A DNA stretch of 63,727 nucleotides, filler included, from Aduncisulcus paluster (Eukaryota), in assembly GCA_024181965.1 (NCBI GenBank). It is 10 parts of 10 records of this genome, joined end to end, with 100 filler letters (N's around TTAATTAATTAA, not from the genome) between each part and the next. Parts side by side here need not be neighbours in the genome. Positions count along the whole stretch, not along the records: positions 21,019 to 43,568 come from BQXS01010147.1; positions 43,669 to 46,105 come from BQXS01010148.1; positions 46,206 to 61,205 come from BQXS01010149.1; 7 more parts are not named here. One strand, given 5' to 3'. This document shows, in pieces, positions 37,501 through 48,833 of this stretch. The notes beneath the pieces were generated by a model. It was not told the origin of the DNA, did no database searches, and worked only from the letters and a program-made list of their open reading frames with translations. The stretch's first letter is position 1. Each line of letters starts with the position of its first letter. Made by a program: the position numbers and the translations under genes.

Positions 37501-38017
37501 CAATATGAGCCTGGAGTGAACACATATCGGTCAAAATGACAATATTATCGGGATCATGGATGAGAGCTTTAGAATAACTTTTAATGGCATCCTTAAAGCG
37601 TTTATCTTGTCTATATAGGACTCCAAGTGTATGATGACACATATGAGAATTGGGAGCAAGTTGGATAGATTTTTTCACTTCATCAATACCACTCGATTTA
37701 CCATCGAGATGATGGAAGAGTCCTTGATATCCCAATGTTTCTGGATGATTAGGACAAGCTTCAAGGATCTTTCTGCATGCCTTTAATCCCAATTTTGTAT
37801 CTCTTTTATCAAAATGCAGCTAATGCCATGAAAATATCAAAGTAGACAGATAAAAAGGAACGAAATAGTTTTAAATATTTAAATTAATGATAAAAAAGAA
37901 TTTCATCGTGCAATAATGCATGATTTTGATGCATGAGAATAAATAACATACTGGAAGAGTTTTAAACTCACGAATTTCCTTTTTTCCAAGTTCTGTTAAA
38001 GGATTACGGGCAGGCAT
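34595..38017 (-). CDS. NAA15: N-alpha-acetyltransferase NatA auxiliary subunit (TPR protein); intron 37820-37951
   Basis: Spliced N-terminus MPARNPLTELGKKEIREFKTLP/LHFDKRDTKLGLKACRKILEACPNHPETL..., SHMCHHTLGVLYRQDK, DPDNIVILTD..LQ and LDIGDRF. Phase-0 GTATGT..TTAG intron. Confidence 0.9.
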
Positions 38018-38221
38018 TATAACTTAATAAATGACAAACTCCCCACTTGCACAAAAAATCATTTTCTCTGGAAGGTTGGAAATCAGATAAAATGGGGGTA
38101 TTCCACCTAATGAATGAACATTAAAAATTGATTATTGACGATTTATTAAGCCAATATTCAATTTTGGAGCTTAGACAATGATCAAAAATAGATCATCCCA
38201 TTTTCCTTGCATCTGGATCAA

Positions 38222-39196
38222 ATGGACAAAGTTAAGGTTATTCCAAGAAAAATATCTGATGATTTGTTTGAATTTGATATGAAAGGCGTTGATGCCTCCG
38301 TAGCCAATGCTCTGAGAAGGATTATGATTGCTGAAGTCCCTACAATGGCTATAGAAAGGGTCATTATCCATAATAATACATCCATTCTCCACGATGAAGT
38401 TTTGGCTCATAGATTGGGGTTGATTCCTCTCAATTTCGATCCCGAAAAATTTGATTTCAAAGTTGACGATGAAAGTAATAGCTCAAATTCTATTATGTTC
38501 AAGCTTAAAGTATCTGTTCCAGTGCCTTCAAAAATAGATGGTGCTGTATGTCCCCCATATCATCTTGTTCGTGCTTCAGATCTGAAATATGTCCCATTTG
38601 AAGACCAACAGGAATCATCTCTCGAATTATTTAGTAGACACATTGATTTTACAGAAGGTGGTGAAGAAGAATATCCCCAATGTTCTGTTAATCCTGATAT
38701 TGTAATCTGTAAACTCGCCCCTGGTCAAGAGCTTGATATTGAAATGTATGCTGAAAAAGGACGTGGAAAAGATCATGCCAAGTGGTCACCGGTGTGTACT
38801 GCCGCCTATAGGAATCATCCTGTCCTTAAGATGAAGAAAGATGCCATGGATTTGGAAATGGCTGAGGCTATCGTAAAGAGTTGTCCATTTAAATGCTGGT
38901 CCCTCAAACCCCTTACTAAATCCACTGCCAGAGTTGTTTGTGATGATAAAGAATTAATGAGAAAATGCTCGGCCTGTCGTGAGTGTTTTAGAGCTGCTGA
39001 ATCAGCCACAGATTATATTAGTGTTACAAGGGATCCAACCACATTTTGTTTCAGCGTTGAAAGTGTTGGACAGTTAAAGGCCAAGGAAATCACCCTTCAA
39101 GCTCTCGAAATTCTCGCTGAAAAGGCTGATATGGTTGTTCGCTCTCTCTCGGTGGAAGGAACTGAAGAAGAGAAAAGTGAGGAAGAAAGTCTCTAA
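38222..39196 (+). CDS. POLR1C: RNA polymerase I/III subunit AC40 (RPAC1/RPC40)
   Basis: FEFDMKGVDASVANALRRIMIAEVPTMAIE, NNTSILHDEVLAHRLGLIPL, KGRGKDHAKWSPVCTAAYR and FSVESVGQL. Confidence 0.96.
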   Translation: MDKVKVIPRKISDDLFEFDMKGVDASVANALRRIMIAEVPTMAIERVIIHNNTSILHDEVLAHRLGLIPLNFDPEKFDFKVDDESNSSNSIMFKLKVSVPVPSKIDGAVCPPYHLVRASDLKYVPFEDQQESSLELFSRHIDFTEGGEEEYPQCSVNPDIVICKLAPGQELDIEMYAEKGRGKDHAKWSPVCTAAYRNHPVLKMKKDAMDLEMAEAIVKSCPFKCWSLKPLTKSTARVVCDDKELMRKCSACRECFRAAESATDYISVTRDPTTFCFSVESVGQLKAKEITLQALEILAEKADMVVRSLSVEGTEEEKSEEESL

Positions 39197-39374
39197 AATA
39201 TGCTAAAATAAATAAAGTAATGCAATTGATTATTTAGATATATCTTCTTTTGACCCCTTTTCGCTGATTTTCATGATAACTTGAAGAAAAAGGGACGATA
39301 AAACGTGATATTTATTTTATTATAAATATTAAATAAACTAATGAAATTATATATCTTCAATAAAAGCAGAATGA

Positions 39375-40028
39375 TCAGGATTTCCATCCCAAAAAACTCG
39401 TAACTGATTTTAATGACTTCTTTGACGATTCTCGACTTTCTCTTTCTTTTCTCAACTCTATTAATGAATGCTGCACTTGTCCAATACTTTCCTGAACAAA
39501 CATTTGTCCACTCTTTGCCCACAAACCAACCTTAAAAATGCTCTGAATTCCCTTCGAAAAGGCATATGGGATAACAGCTCCAAATAAACCTGACAATATA
39601 GCATTCTGAGGGGATATTCTAAGTGCTGGAAGTCCCGCAGCGAATCCAGATATCAAGAAAGATGCACCTTGGGCGTATTGCTCCCCAGTAAGAGAAATAA
39701 TTGTACTTCTAAGAGTAGATTGAATAATAGACATACTGGCAAATTGAAAAGCTTTCCGAGGAGCGTCTTCAAAAGCACTTCGTATACCGAAATAAAGTTT
39801 CTGGGAACGTGGAGCTTTCCAAGCTCCAGCAATTCCATTAATAATACTTGTTGCAAGAAAACTTAATGAATATGATGTAAATGTTTCATATATAAATCTA
39901 TTCGGAGATCTGGTCTTTGTAGTACCGATTTTCATTCGTTTTTCAAGAAGATAGGAAACAGCTTTAGCAAACTCTTCATCCTGGGCATATTCACCTTCTT
40001 CTAAAAATCTAGGTGAACTCCAAAACAT
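39375..40028 (-). CDS. TIM17: Tim17/Tim22/Tim23-family inner-membrane translocase, Tim17-like
   Basis: PNRFIYE..., GIAGAWKAP, AP..AFQFA, SGFAAGLPALRISPQNAILSGLFGAV are collinear with canonical Tim17 (P.RI..D, IKGFRNSP, APQLGGSFA, SGALTGA.LAARNGP). Four hydrophobic segments. Confidence 0.8.
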   Translation of the reverse strand: MFWSSPRFLEEGEYAQDEEFAKAVSYLLEKRMKIGTTKTRSPNRFIYETFTSYSLSFLATSIINGIAGAWKAPRSQKLYFGIRSAFEDAPRKAFQFASMSIIQSTLRSTIISLTGEQYAQGASFLISGFAAGLPALRISPQNAILSGLFGAVIPYAFSKGIQSIFKVGLWAKSGQMFVQESIGQVQHSLIELRKERESRESSKKSLKSVTSFLGWKS

Positions 40029-40277
40029 AATTTAGTTTTGAATGTTGTCTTGGGCCAAGAAAACTCCAATTTAATGATTTGATTTGAAAATAATTCATTC
40101 AATCTCATAAAAACATCGAACTGTATTAAAATATTAAAATAATTTTAAGAAAATTAATAGAATCAAATGATTTCGATCGGGAACTTTGCTGACTCCTCTG
40201 ATGAAGAATTTATTACTAAAATTAAAATTAAAGGTAAGTTATGAAACTTTACCGAAACGTCCAATTAAATATAGTTT

Positions 40278-41270
40278 TCATAAAACCATCTCTGCCTCTT
40301 TCAGAAGTTCCTTTGCGGATATTTCAATGGCCTCCTTCTGGGCTTCACTCAAGCCTAATCCATGAACTATTGACCATTCTCCTCCTTTACAAACGACAGG
40401 ATAGGAACTAAACAGTCCTTCGGGAACACCATAGCTTCCGTCAGAGCACACACCCATGGAAACAAATTCTCCGGGCTGAGTTCCTGATGCCCAATCTTTA
40501 ACGTGATCAACCGCAGCCTTGGCAGCGGACAAAGCAGAAGAAAGGCCACGGAAGGCAATGATTTCGCTTCCACGCTGACGAACAGTATCAGTGATCATCT
40601 CTTTGGATACGGAGGTGAGCAGACAATCAGCAGCAACAGTGAGGCCTTCCTTGGTTTCAAGCGTTGCAGGTTCAACCACTGGAACCATAGTGGGAGAATG
40701 ATTTCCGAAAATGCAACAGTTTTTGACGTGCGTGGCTCCTGTATGCTTGGCGACCTGAGAAATGGTTCGATTGTGATCAAGACGAGACATACAGGAGAAG
40801 TTCTTCTTGGGAAGAGAATGGGCATACTCAGAACAGATCAGAGCGTTAGTATTGGCTGGATTACCGACAACAACAACCTTGGTTGTTTCTTTTCCAAAAC
40901 GGTTCAAGGATTTACCCTGCTTAACAAAGATATCCTTGTTACGTTGGAGAAGATCGCTCCTTTCCATTCCTTTCTTCCTTGGGAAAGCACCAACAAGGAA
41001 GGCGTAATCGACCCCATCAAAGGCTTCATCAGCTTCAGTAGTTATCTTGATGTCCTTCAACAAGGGGAAAGCACAATCATGGAGCTCCTTGACAACACCC
41101 TCACAAGCACGAACAGCTGGTGGGATTTCAAGTAATCTCAGTTCAATGGGAGTGTCGCGCCCAAAACAGTCACCATTGAGAAGCTTGGATAAAAGACCAC
41201 TATAAGAGATCTGCCCGGCGGCACCAGACACAACAACACGCAAGGGTTCCTTGAAAGATGAGGAAAACAT
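40278..41270 (-). CDS. MDH1: Cytosolic-type malate dehydrogenase
   Basis: VVVSGAAGQISY, GAFPRKKGMERSDLL (substrate Arg retained), VVGNPANTNALI, SRLDHNR, FGNHS and SSALSAA. Confidence 0.97.
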   Translation of the reverse strand: MFSSSFKEPLRVVVSGAAGQISYSGLLSKLLNGDCFGRDTPIELRLLEIPPAVRACEGVVKELHDCAFPLLKDIKITTEADEAFDGVDYAFLVGAFPRKKGMERSDLLQRNKDIFVKQGKSLNRFGKETTKVVVVGNPANTNALICSEYAHSLPKKNFSCMSRLDHNRTISQVAKHTGATHVKNCCIFGNHSPTMVPVVEPATLETKEGLTVAADCLLTSVSKEMITDTVRQRGSEIIAFRGLSSALSAAKAAVDHVKDWASGTQPGEFVSMGVCSDGSYGVPEGLFSSYPVVCKGGEWSIVHGLGLSEAQKEAIEISAKELLKEAEMVL

Positions 41271-41964
41271 TAATTATAACAATAGGAAATATGTATATTC
41301 AGAAAAAAATCGGGGAAAATTATTGACAATATAAACAGCCTTCTTATGAAACGGTTCTACACTCTATTTAAGAGATTCTTCTATTGATTTTTTTCAATTA
41401 TATTTCATATCTTGTCAATATTATCATTTCAACGTTTCACCAAATTTCTAAGTATTGAGGGGAAATAATTGAAATCGAAATTGCATAAAGAGCAGAAATT
41501 CTTTAATATTTTGCAAAACAGATCTGCTAAAAAATACTCTCCAAGGGAATTGGGAAAAGATGCCGATGTTGGGTCGAAAAAAGCTATCAATGAATCTAGA
41601 AGGAATTCAAGGTATTTAGGGCAGTAATATGTTAATTACTATTCGTCTCCACAAAGAAATAATATTATTTGATCTTTCATCTTCAACAAAAACATTGCTG
41701 CACAGTCTTTCGTGATTCGCTGGTTTGATTAGAGAGTAATAACCGACAATGAGAATTTTTCTTTTTTCATATAATAGAAAATCATGCAAATTTATCCTTG
41801 TTAAAATTTGGATTTCCTTGTTCAAAACAAGTTGGAGATGATTGGTGCAATTGTTGTTCTTGACTGGTGATCATAATATCTTATTTTGTATAAACAATAA
41901 TATATTAGTGTTTTGTGGTAAAATTATAAATTTATAATCTTTTTGGCGAATTGTATTGCTTCAA

Positions 41965-43568
41965 ATGGATTATCGGACGAAACGAATTTATAATTTCAAT
42001 GGAATACATGTATTATTCCCTCACGAAAAGGCATATGATTCACAGCTCGAAATTATGCATGGAGTAATTGATGCAGTGACGAATGGGAAGAATTTAGCTA
42101 TTGAAAGTCCAACAGGTACAGGAAAGAGTGCATCATTGCTGAGCCCTTTGTGTTCTATTATCCGACAACTTCAAGGATGTCTTTTGAATGAACAAAGGGA
42201 ATATTTGGAGCAGAAACAGAAGAGTGTCAAATCATCGGACAAACCAACCCCTTCTGTTTCTCATCCAACGACATCCACGTCTTCTTCATCGGATAGTTCA
42301 GCCGTTCTTGAATCTACAAAAGAAGTGATTAAGATCGATTCTCAGGAAGAAGTTATCCACCGTCCCCAACCTCTCTCTTCCCAAGTCCAAATTCCTGCCC
42401 ACTCGCCGATGTTGTCGCCTATTATCTCACGCTATGCCTTTAATGAACATACTACAACGACGGATGAAGAGGAAATAATGGATATTGAAATGGATGGAAC
42501 CATGAAGAAAACTATTTATAAAACTCAAAATAATCAATCTACCAAAACAACAAATCCCTTAAAAACTGAAAAAACCGGTTCATCTCCTGATCTTGCTCCT
42601 CCTGCTTCTTCCATTCCAGGGACCATCCCTCAGCCTTCATCTGAAGGACATCAGCCCTTTACAGAAACATTTCGGCCCTTCCAACTTATCTTCTCGTCAA
42701 GAACTCATGCTCAAGTTGAACAGCTCTCATTAATGGCCCGTAAGACTGGCATTCATGTTAGTAGCACTGTCCTCGCCTCTCGAAAGCACATGTGTGTGAA
42801 TGAGTTTGCCCTTAAACAGGCGGAAGAGAAGAAAAAGAAAAAATCTGACTCAGCTCGTGGGTATTCCAGTGGTAAGAAATGGCAGAGTCGCAAGAAACCC
42901 TCTATCCCTCCTTCAGCAGACCTTGGGATGAGTCTTGGAGGTCTTCAGGTTGGTGATATGGGAGGCATGGGTGGGATGGGCTTAGGTTTTGATGCATTTG
43001 GCGATGATGGTATTGTGAATCAGCGAGTTCCATCTAAAGGTAGTTCCAGTGATGATAATGAAGATTCCTGTTCCTCGACGGATGATGATCCCGTTGAGTA
43101 CAATGGGAAACTTCTTGATTTGACATGCAGATCGATGTGTGCATCTGGCCAGTGTTCTTACCATACAACTTTCACCCAGAATCAGGCTCAGTGCTCTCTC
43201 CCACTCCTCTGCAGTGAGATGTTTATAAGCGAACGAGATTGTTTGGCACGTGAGGGCGATGATACGGGGGAGGTCACACTGATTGAATTGCAGAAAAAGA
43301 GGAAGGCAAGCGAACTTGGGGGGGGTGGCGGATCAAAGAGTAGTAGTAGCAAACAGATAAAGGGAATTGGAATCGGCAATGGACGCTTTGCTGCCCTTGA
43401 TCTCCTTGATGAGATGAACATCGGAGAAGGGGTAGGAGATGTAAATAGCACTGAGAGGACAGCTGAGGAAGAACAGTTGGAATGGGAAATGTGGGAGTGC
43501 GCAGGTGGAGGCGGGACCTTATTACAACGCATGAAGAGGAAGAGAGATAAAGATAAGAAGAAGAAGAG
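41965..43568 (+). CDS. Fe-S DEAH DNA helicase of the FANCJ/RTEL1/XPD family, N-terminal part
   Basis: FPHEKAYDSQ (Q motif), ESPTGTGKS (Walker A), FSSRTHAQVEQ (motif Ia), LASRKHMCVN and C-x3-C-x4-C Fe-S ligands. Confidence 0.9.
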
Positions 43569-43668
43569 NNNNNNNNNNNNNNNNNNNNNNNNNNNNNNNN
43601 NNNNNNNNNNNNTTAATTAATTAANNNNNNNNNNNNNNNNNNNNNNNNNNNNNNNNNNNNNNNNNNNN

Positions 43669-43989
43669 CGTTTAAAAAACACTTGGAGGGTTATGGGGGG
43701 TCGCTTCTCTTTGGGGGGTGAATCATATGCCGACATATTTCTTGTATGCGTTGCCCTGACCAATTTGTTAGTGACAAGATCCCCGTTAAGACGAGATGAA
43801 GCAGCGACGTATCGACATTTGATGAGAAAGCATTGGTATTCCCTTCCTAATAGGAGGGTAGAAGAAGACGAGGAAGAAGACGAGGAAGGTCAAGATGCAC
43901 CAGCTGAACACTCACCAAACTTATCTTTGCTCTCTCAAAGTGCCGTTTTAACCAGTGATTCACGTCCAACCGAAGAAGAAGATGATTAG
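43669..43989 (+). mobile_element. PIF/Harbinger-superfamily (DDE_Tnp_4-like) transposase C-terminus
   Basis: RLKNTWRVMGGRFS..ESYADIFLVCVALTNLLVTRSPLR matches the GRLK.W..../C.AL.N....PLR tail of Harbinger/ISL2EU-type transposases. Confidence 0.75.
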
Positions 43990-44140
43990 ATCGAGTTCAA
44001 GCATTGTAACATAATTACGAGATATTAAACAATAAATATTCATTGTTTCTGTATTTAATTAAGAAAATATCATATTTTACGATAATACAATTACGATATT
44101 AATCAATTACGGAAAAATCAATGAAATTTCACATCCGGCG

Positions 44141-44275
44141 GACCAATTTCAAAATTCGAACCAATTTCGAAATTGCCGACTAATTTCGAAATTGCTGACC
44201 AATAAAGTTTATTGATGGAGTAATTTCTTTATTAAAAATAATTTCGAAATACCCCCCCTATTCGGAAATTCCCCT
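44141..44275. repeat. Subterminal repeats and candidate right TIR of the Harbinger-like element
   Basis: Three tandem units of about 19 bp (GACCAATTTCGAAATTGC, palindromic core AATTTCGAAATT). The end reads AGGGGAATTTCCGAATAGGGGGGG on the minus strand. Confidence 0.5.
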
Positions 44276-46493
44276 ATTCAGTCGAGCTGAGAATTCTTCT
44301 GGTTTTGTTTGAGATAAGATTGAATCGGATCATTATTTACAATTTTGAGAAAACATTTATTGAAATGTTCTGAGTTTTGTGATTATTCTGTTGTTGTTAT
44401 CCAATTTCGACCGCTTCGTACAAAAATTTCGTATTCTCACTATTTTCTTAATTCTCGAAATAAGACCGTCTCACATGCACTTTATTTTAAAGCTTATTTT
44501 GAGGGTACAATGAATAATATTCAAATATACTATTCTATTAACGATTGGTTTAGAGAATGAACCGAAATGTTCTATATTCAAATCTGTCGATAATTCGTAC
44601 ATCAAAACTGAGAGTGTGATATATATCCTCTTTATTTTTATTGGGAAAGCGACAATAGCAGAATCTTTTCTCTTGAACATCTTTGGAACTAAATTTTAGT
44701 TACTAAAATCATGAACAACAAACAATCTTAAAGCAATCCATGATGAATTACTTGAATTATTCATCATCAATGAACAAAATAACAAATTAGAGTGAAAAAC
44801 TTTGAAATAATTCTTCATATTCTATTTTTGGAATATCTAAAAATAGATTTTAGAAAGATTTCTTTGTTTATCTGAGAGAATATTTTTGTTTTTGTTCAAT
44901 ATTTTTGTTATACTCGCTTTTTTCATTCGCTTGTGGGAATTTTTACATATTTTCTGATATTCAGATCAACAACCTCCATCTATCTCACACTATATTCAAA
45001 GAACTACAATGTAAGATGGGAGATATCTTTTCATTAATATGAGATTTCCATACAACTTTGCTTTTATCCATGTCAATTATCCATTGATTATCCCAACTCC
45101 TCTCATTTTTTCAAAACGCCAAAAATTCCCTCGAGCTCGGATTGAGTTTCCATATATATCAAGAAGAGGGGTGTAATGATAACATTGATGCAAGAGTAAT
45201 CAATTTCTTTTGTATTAATCGGAGTTCCCACATTTAAGAAGATGATAAAATCTCACTCTTCTTCGATGGAAAATTTTGGCTTCTATTTTCATGTATTTTT
45301 CCGATTCAAAGTTGATTATCGGATTGATTGAGTTGTTTTGGATGTTTTTGTTCTTATTTTGATAAGTTAATTCTAAAAATAGAAATTCTAAAAATAGATT
45401 ACAAATTTTTTGTTTTCCTTAGATTCCCAAAAACAACTATTATCGGGATTATTTTGACATAAAACTCTATTGTGTTATTAGATTAGACATTTTATTCACG
45501 TTTGAGAAGTTTCTGCTGTAGTGGTGTATGAGGTCAAATCACACTGCAAATATTCCTCGAATTCTTTTTGAAATAAATAACCATATTTTCCCATTGAAGT
45601 TGTTAATCAGGTCTTTTGCCATCAGAATGCCTTTTTGGTTAACTACTCCATAATGTGGAGATGTTTAATGTCATCAAATTGATGAAATTAATGAAATGGT
45701 TTGCTAACTGTCGTCACGTATTCGGATGTCCTCAAAATTCAGCCAAGTTGAATTGAATTTACGAGTTTGTCAAGGATAATTTATTAATAAATCTTTCACA
45801 GAGTATTAGAAATGTTGGTAAGGAAACTTTCTAGTGAAGAGAACAATCATAAACCCCCAGCATATTCGAAAAAAAAGTTCTCTTCCTTCAATACTGTTAC
45901 ATTCGAGACTTCTGAGCCATAAAGCTTCAAATTTCTCACATCCTAATCCTCTGATTCTTCACTATATTCCTCACTATATTCCTCCGCTTCAAGCTCAGCC
46001 AACTTAGCTTTCCAATCTATAATAGTCGGTTCTTGGATTTGTGGTGAACTGGGGGCTTGAATCTGTCCAACCTCTTGTTTATCTTTCCCATCAGTGAATG
46101 GTTCTNNNNNNNNNNNNNNNNNNNNNNNNNNNNNNNNNNNNNNNNNNNNTTAATTAATTAANNNNNNNNNNNNNNNNNNNNNNNNNNNNNNNNNNNNNNN
46201 NNNNNAAAATAAAACATGTTTTTATCATTTACCAGCATTTAACTCGTTTATATGTGTGTTTTTAATTTTCCAATCTTATCTATTGAAGAGTTGCTTGTTC
46301 AGTCTGTTGGCGGCTAAGCACCGATGTCCATTTTTTCTTGGCAAACAAGCAAATTGTATGTTTACTATATGCCATATCTTTTATTAAATGTATATTAAGA
46401 AATATTTTAACCGGATTCATTCATTATTCTGCTTGTTTTTATTTTTTAGATAAGAAATTCTATCTCTATGAGTTCATCCATATCTCTATTCAA

Positions 46494-47552
46494 ATGAGTT
46501 CATTTACAGATGCTGTTATTCAAACCGTGGAACCTGAGTTTGTTCATGAAGGAAAACACTTTTGCTGTCCAATTCCTAGAGATGCCCCCAATGTTAAGGG
46601 TGCAGCATTTCCAACTATAGAAGCAATAGATGGAACGAAGGGAAAAGGTAAATATGGATACGATCGGAGTTCTTGGGCACAAAAGATGATGAAAGGAGAG
46701 TATTATGATGTACATTATACCCATATCTCCATTCCTTTCTCTTCGTCTTCCCCAATGAAAGGGGCTTATATCTGTCTGTGGGATGGACATAATTTAGCTC
46801 CATCACACCTTATCTTCACTCTCACGTCTTCAAAGGGTGAGAAAACGTCGAAGAAATACGAGTTTCCTGAATTTCTTGGTTATAATTGGTATTTCCTTCC
46901 TGTTGATCTCCCTGATGTTGTTCTGTGTGAGATTACAGGGAAAGGAAGAGAGAAAGAGTCTTTTGGAATCATCTCCCTTGTTTTCATTAGAGAAGAAACC
47001 CCTGAAGAAATCGCATCTCGTGAAGCCAGAGAGAAACTATGGTCTGAAGCTCCAGTTGTGAAACCAGAGTTTGTTAAGGAAGGAGATGAAGATTCTATTC
47101 CCATTCCACGAGATGCTTCAAAGCTTGTAAGTCTTTCATTACCAATGGTTAAGTGCAAGAATGATGCTTTTAGTAAGGAATCTGAGGAGTATGATAAGAG
47201 TTCAGATGTACAAGAAATGCTACATGGAGAAGTTGATTTACGTGGTGTTGCTTTATCCCATCTTTCCATCCCTTTCCCATCACCTAGTCCAATGAAAGGT
47301 GCTTATATGTTTGTGAATAGGAATAATGGTTCACCCTCTCTTCTCTTCACTTTCACTGATAGTGATGGTAAGAAGACATCCAAGAAGTATGAATTCACAA
47401 GACCTAAAGATTTATATGAATTGCACTTCCTTCCTATTGATTTGGATAACGTTGTATTGTGTGAGATTGAAGGGAAAGGAATGTGGTTTTATAAGAATTG
47501 TCGATATTTCTTTCTCAACTCCCTTGTTTTCCTTCGAGGTGATGATATTTGA
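46494..47552 (+). CDS. Lineage-specific expanded-family protein with two tandem modules of about 170 aa
   Basis: Both halves share PEFV.EG...PIPRD, Q.M..GE, HxSIPF.S.SPMKGAY, FT.T.S.G.KTSKKYEF and FLP.DL..VVLCEI.GKG. A paralogue lies at 61785-63148. Confidence 0.85.
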   Translation: MSSFTDAVIQTVEPEFVHEGKHFCCPIPRDAPNVKGAAFPTIEAIDGTKGKGKYGYDRSSWAQKMMKGEYYDVHYTHISIPFSSSSPMKGAYICLWDGHNLAPSHLIFTLTSSKGEKTSKKYEFPEFLGYNWYFLPVDLPDVVLCEITGKGREKESFGIISLVFIREETPEEIASREAREKLWSEAPVVKPEFVKEGDEDSIPIPRDASKLVSLSLPMVKCKNDAFSKESEEYDKSSDVQEMLHGEVDLRGVALSHLSIPFPSPSPMKGAYMFVNRNNGSPSLLFTFTDSDGKKTSKKYEFTRPKDLYELHFLPIDLDNVVLCEIEGKGMWFYKNCRYFFLNSLVFLRGDDI

Positions 47553-48119
47553 TGATATCATCAAATCATTTGATTCAAATGCGAAGACTTTCACCCCTCA
47601 CTCACCTATTCTTATGACTTTTAGAAAAAATTCTTGAATAGAACCCTTGAAATTATGGCAATAAAGTTTCAGTTGACAATTATTTACGTTTCCATAAATA
47701 TCAATTAGATTATTTTGAGTAAAAGTTTGTTTTGGAGATAAAATGAATGTGGTGCCATGTTGATCATCTTCATGATAGTATCAGATCATGGCTATCCGGG
47801 ATATAACGATAGCGGCTGTCTTCCTTGGAGTTCCATTTAAAAATATTTCAACTTATCGAAAAAAACTAATATTTATCAATCCTATTCTTCATCCAATGGA
47901 ATTAAAACATTTTCAAGGGTTTCTTCCGATCGAATTCTCTCTCCCTTTCCTTCAAGGACAAAAAGTTTTTGAATAATTCCTATTGAGTAATTTTCGCGAA
48001 TTTGTTGGATCATTTTATTATAATTTTATTGTTGTTGATTATTCCAATTCTTTTATTGCATTTTGGCGGCGGGAATGGCTTTTACGCAAATTTTCAGCAA
48101 ACTATCACTAATATTGGAA

Positions 48120-48689
48120 CTACTGCCGGTGTCTTTGATGTTCCCACTCAATGCGCTAATATGGCATCTTCTTCCCGTGGTATTTCTGGAAGTGCCGCTC
48201 TTCTCCGCTCTCTCATGACTCACAAGGCTGTGTGTGAGATTGATGCCTCTGACGTCCGTTTTGCTGCTTATTCTCGCCGTTTCGCTAAGAAATATGCTTC
48301 ATTAGAGGAGCGTACCGAGCGTCAGCGTTTATTTAGCCGTAGATATGCCATGATCGAAAAGCACAATGCCAACACTGAGAACACTTTCACAATGGTCATC
48401 AATAAGTTTGCTGATCTCACCCTTGATGAGATTCACAAGATTTACACCGGATTCAGGCCTGCTTACCGTCGTGAAGGTGACGAAGACCATGGCAATGTAA
48501 ATGATGATCCCTTTTGGCACTCTGGTCAGTTTACCCACCTCATTGACCACACTCCCGAAACTGTGAGCGACTGGCGTACGATCGATTGGAGATTATACTC
48601 AAACACTGTGTCCGGTACCGTTAATGACCAAGGGAACTGTGGAAGCTGCTGGGCTTTCAGTGCCGTCAATGCTCTGGAAGTTCGTCTTG
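48120..48689 (+). pseudogene. Inverted partial copy of the cathepsin gene (I29 prodomain plus the catalytic-Cys segment only)
   Basis: Near-identical to the matching part of the gene at 57578-59609 (-). Ends shortly after QGNCGSCWAFS and lacks the His/Asn half. Confidence 0.85.
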
Positions 48690-48833
48690 TTATCTATATT
48701 GTACTTTTTTTATTTTTAAAATGAAACTTTCATTGAAAGAATGAAAACTTCTCAATGAAAATAAACAAACAGACCCCGTTAGAGCTGTCGGACAGTCCTT
48801 CATTTTCTAATAATGATTTTCTAAAAATAGAGC

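Noticed and set aside
40503-41135. Long antisense ORFs over MDH, cathepsin (57716-58255) and the phosphatase
   Set aside because: Shadow ORFs produced by codon bias of the sense gene; no independent motifs.
40278-41270. Trichomonad-style LDH derived from MDH
   Set aside because: The specificity Arg in PRKKGMER is retained, so this is MDH.
44300-46105. Possible decayed LRR or other gene and an acidic C-terminal fragment at 45944-46105 (-)
   Set aside because: Too fragmentary to assign.
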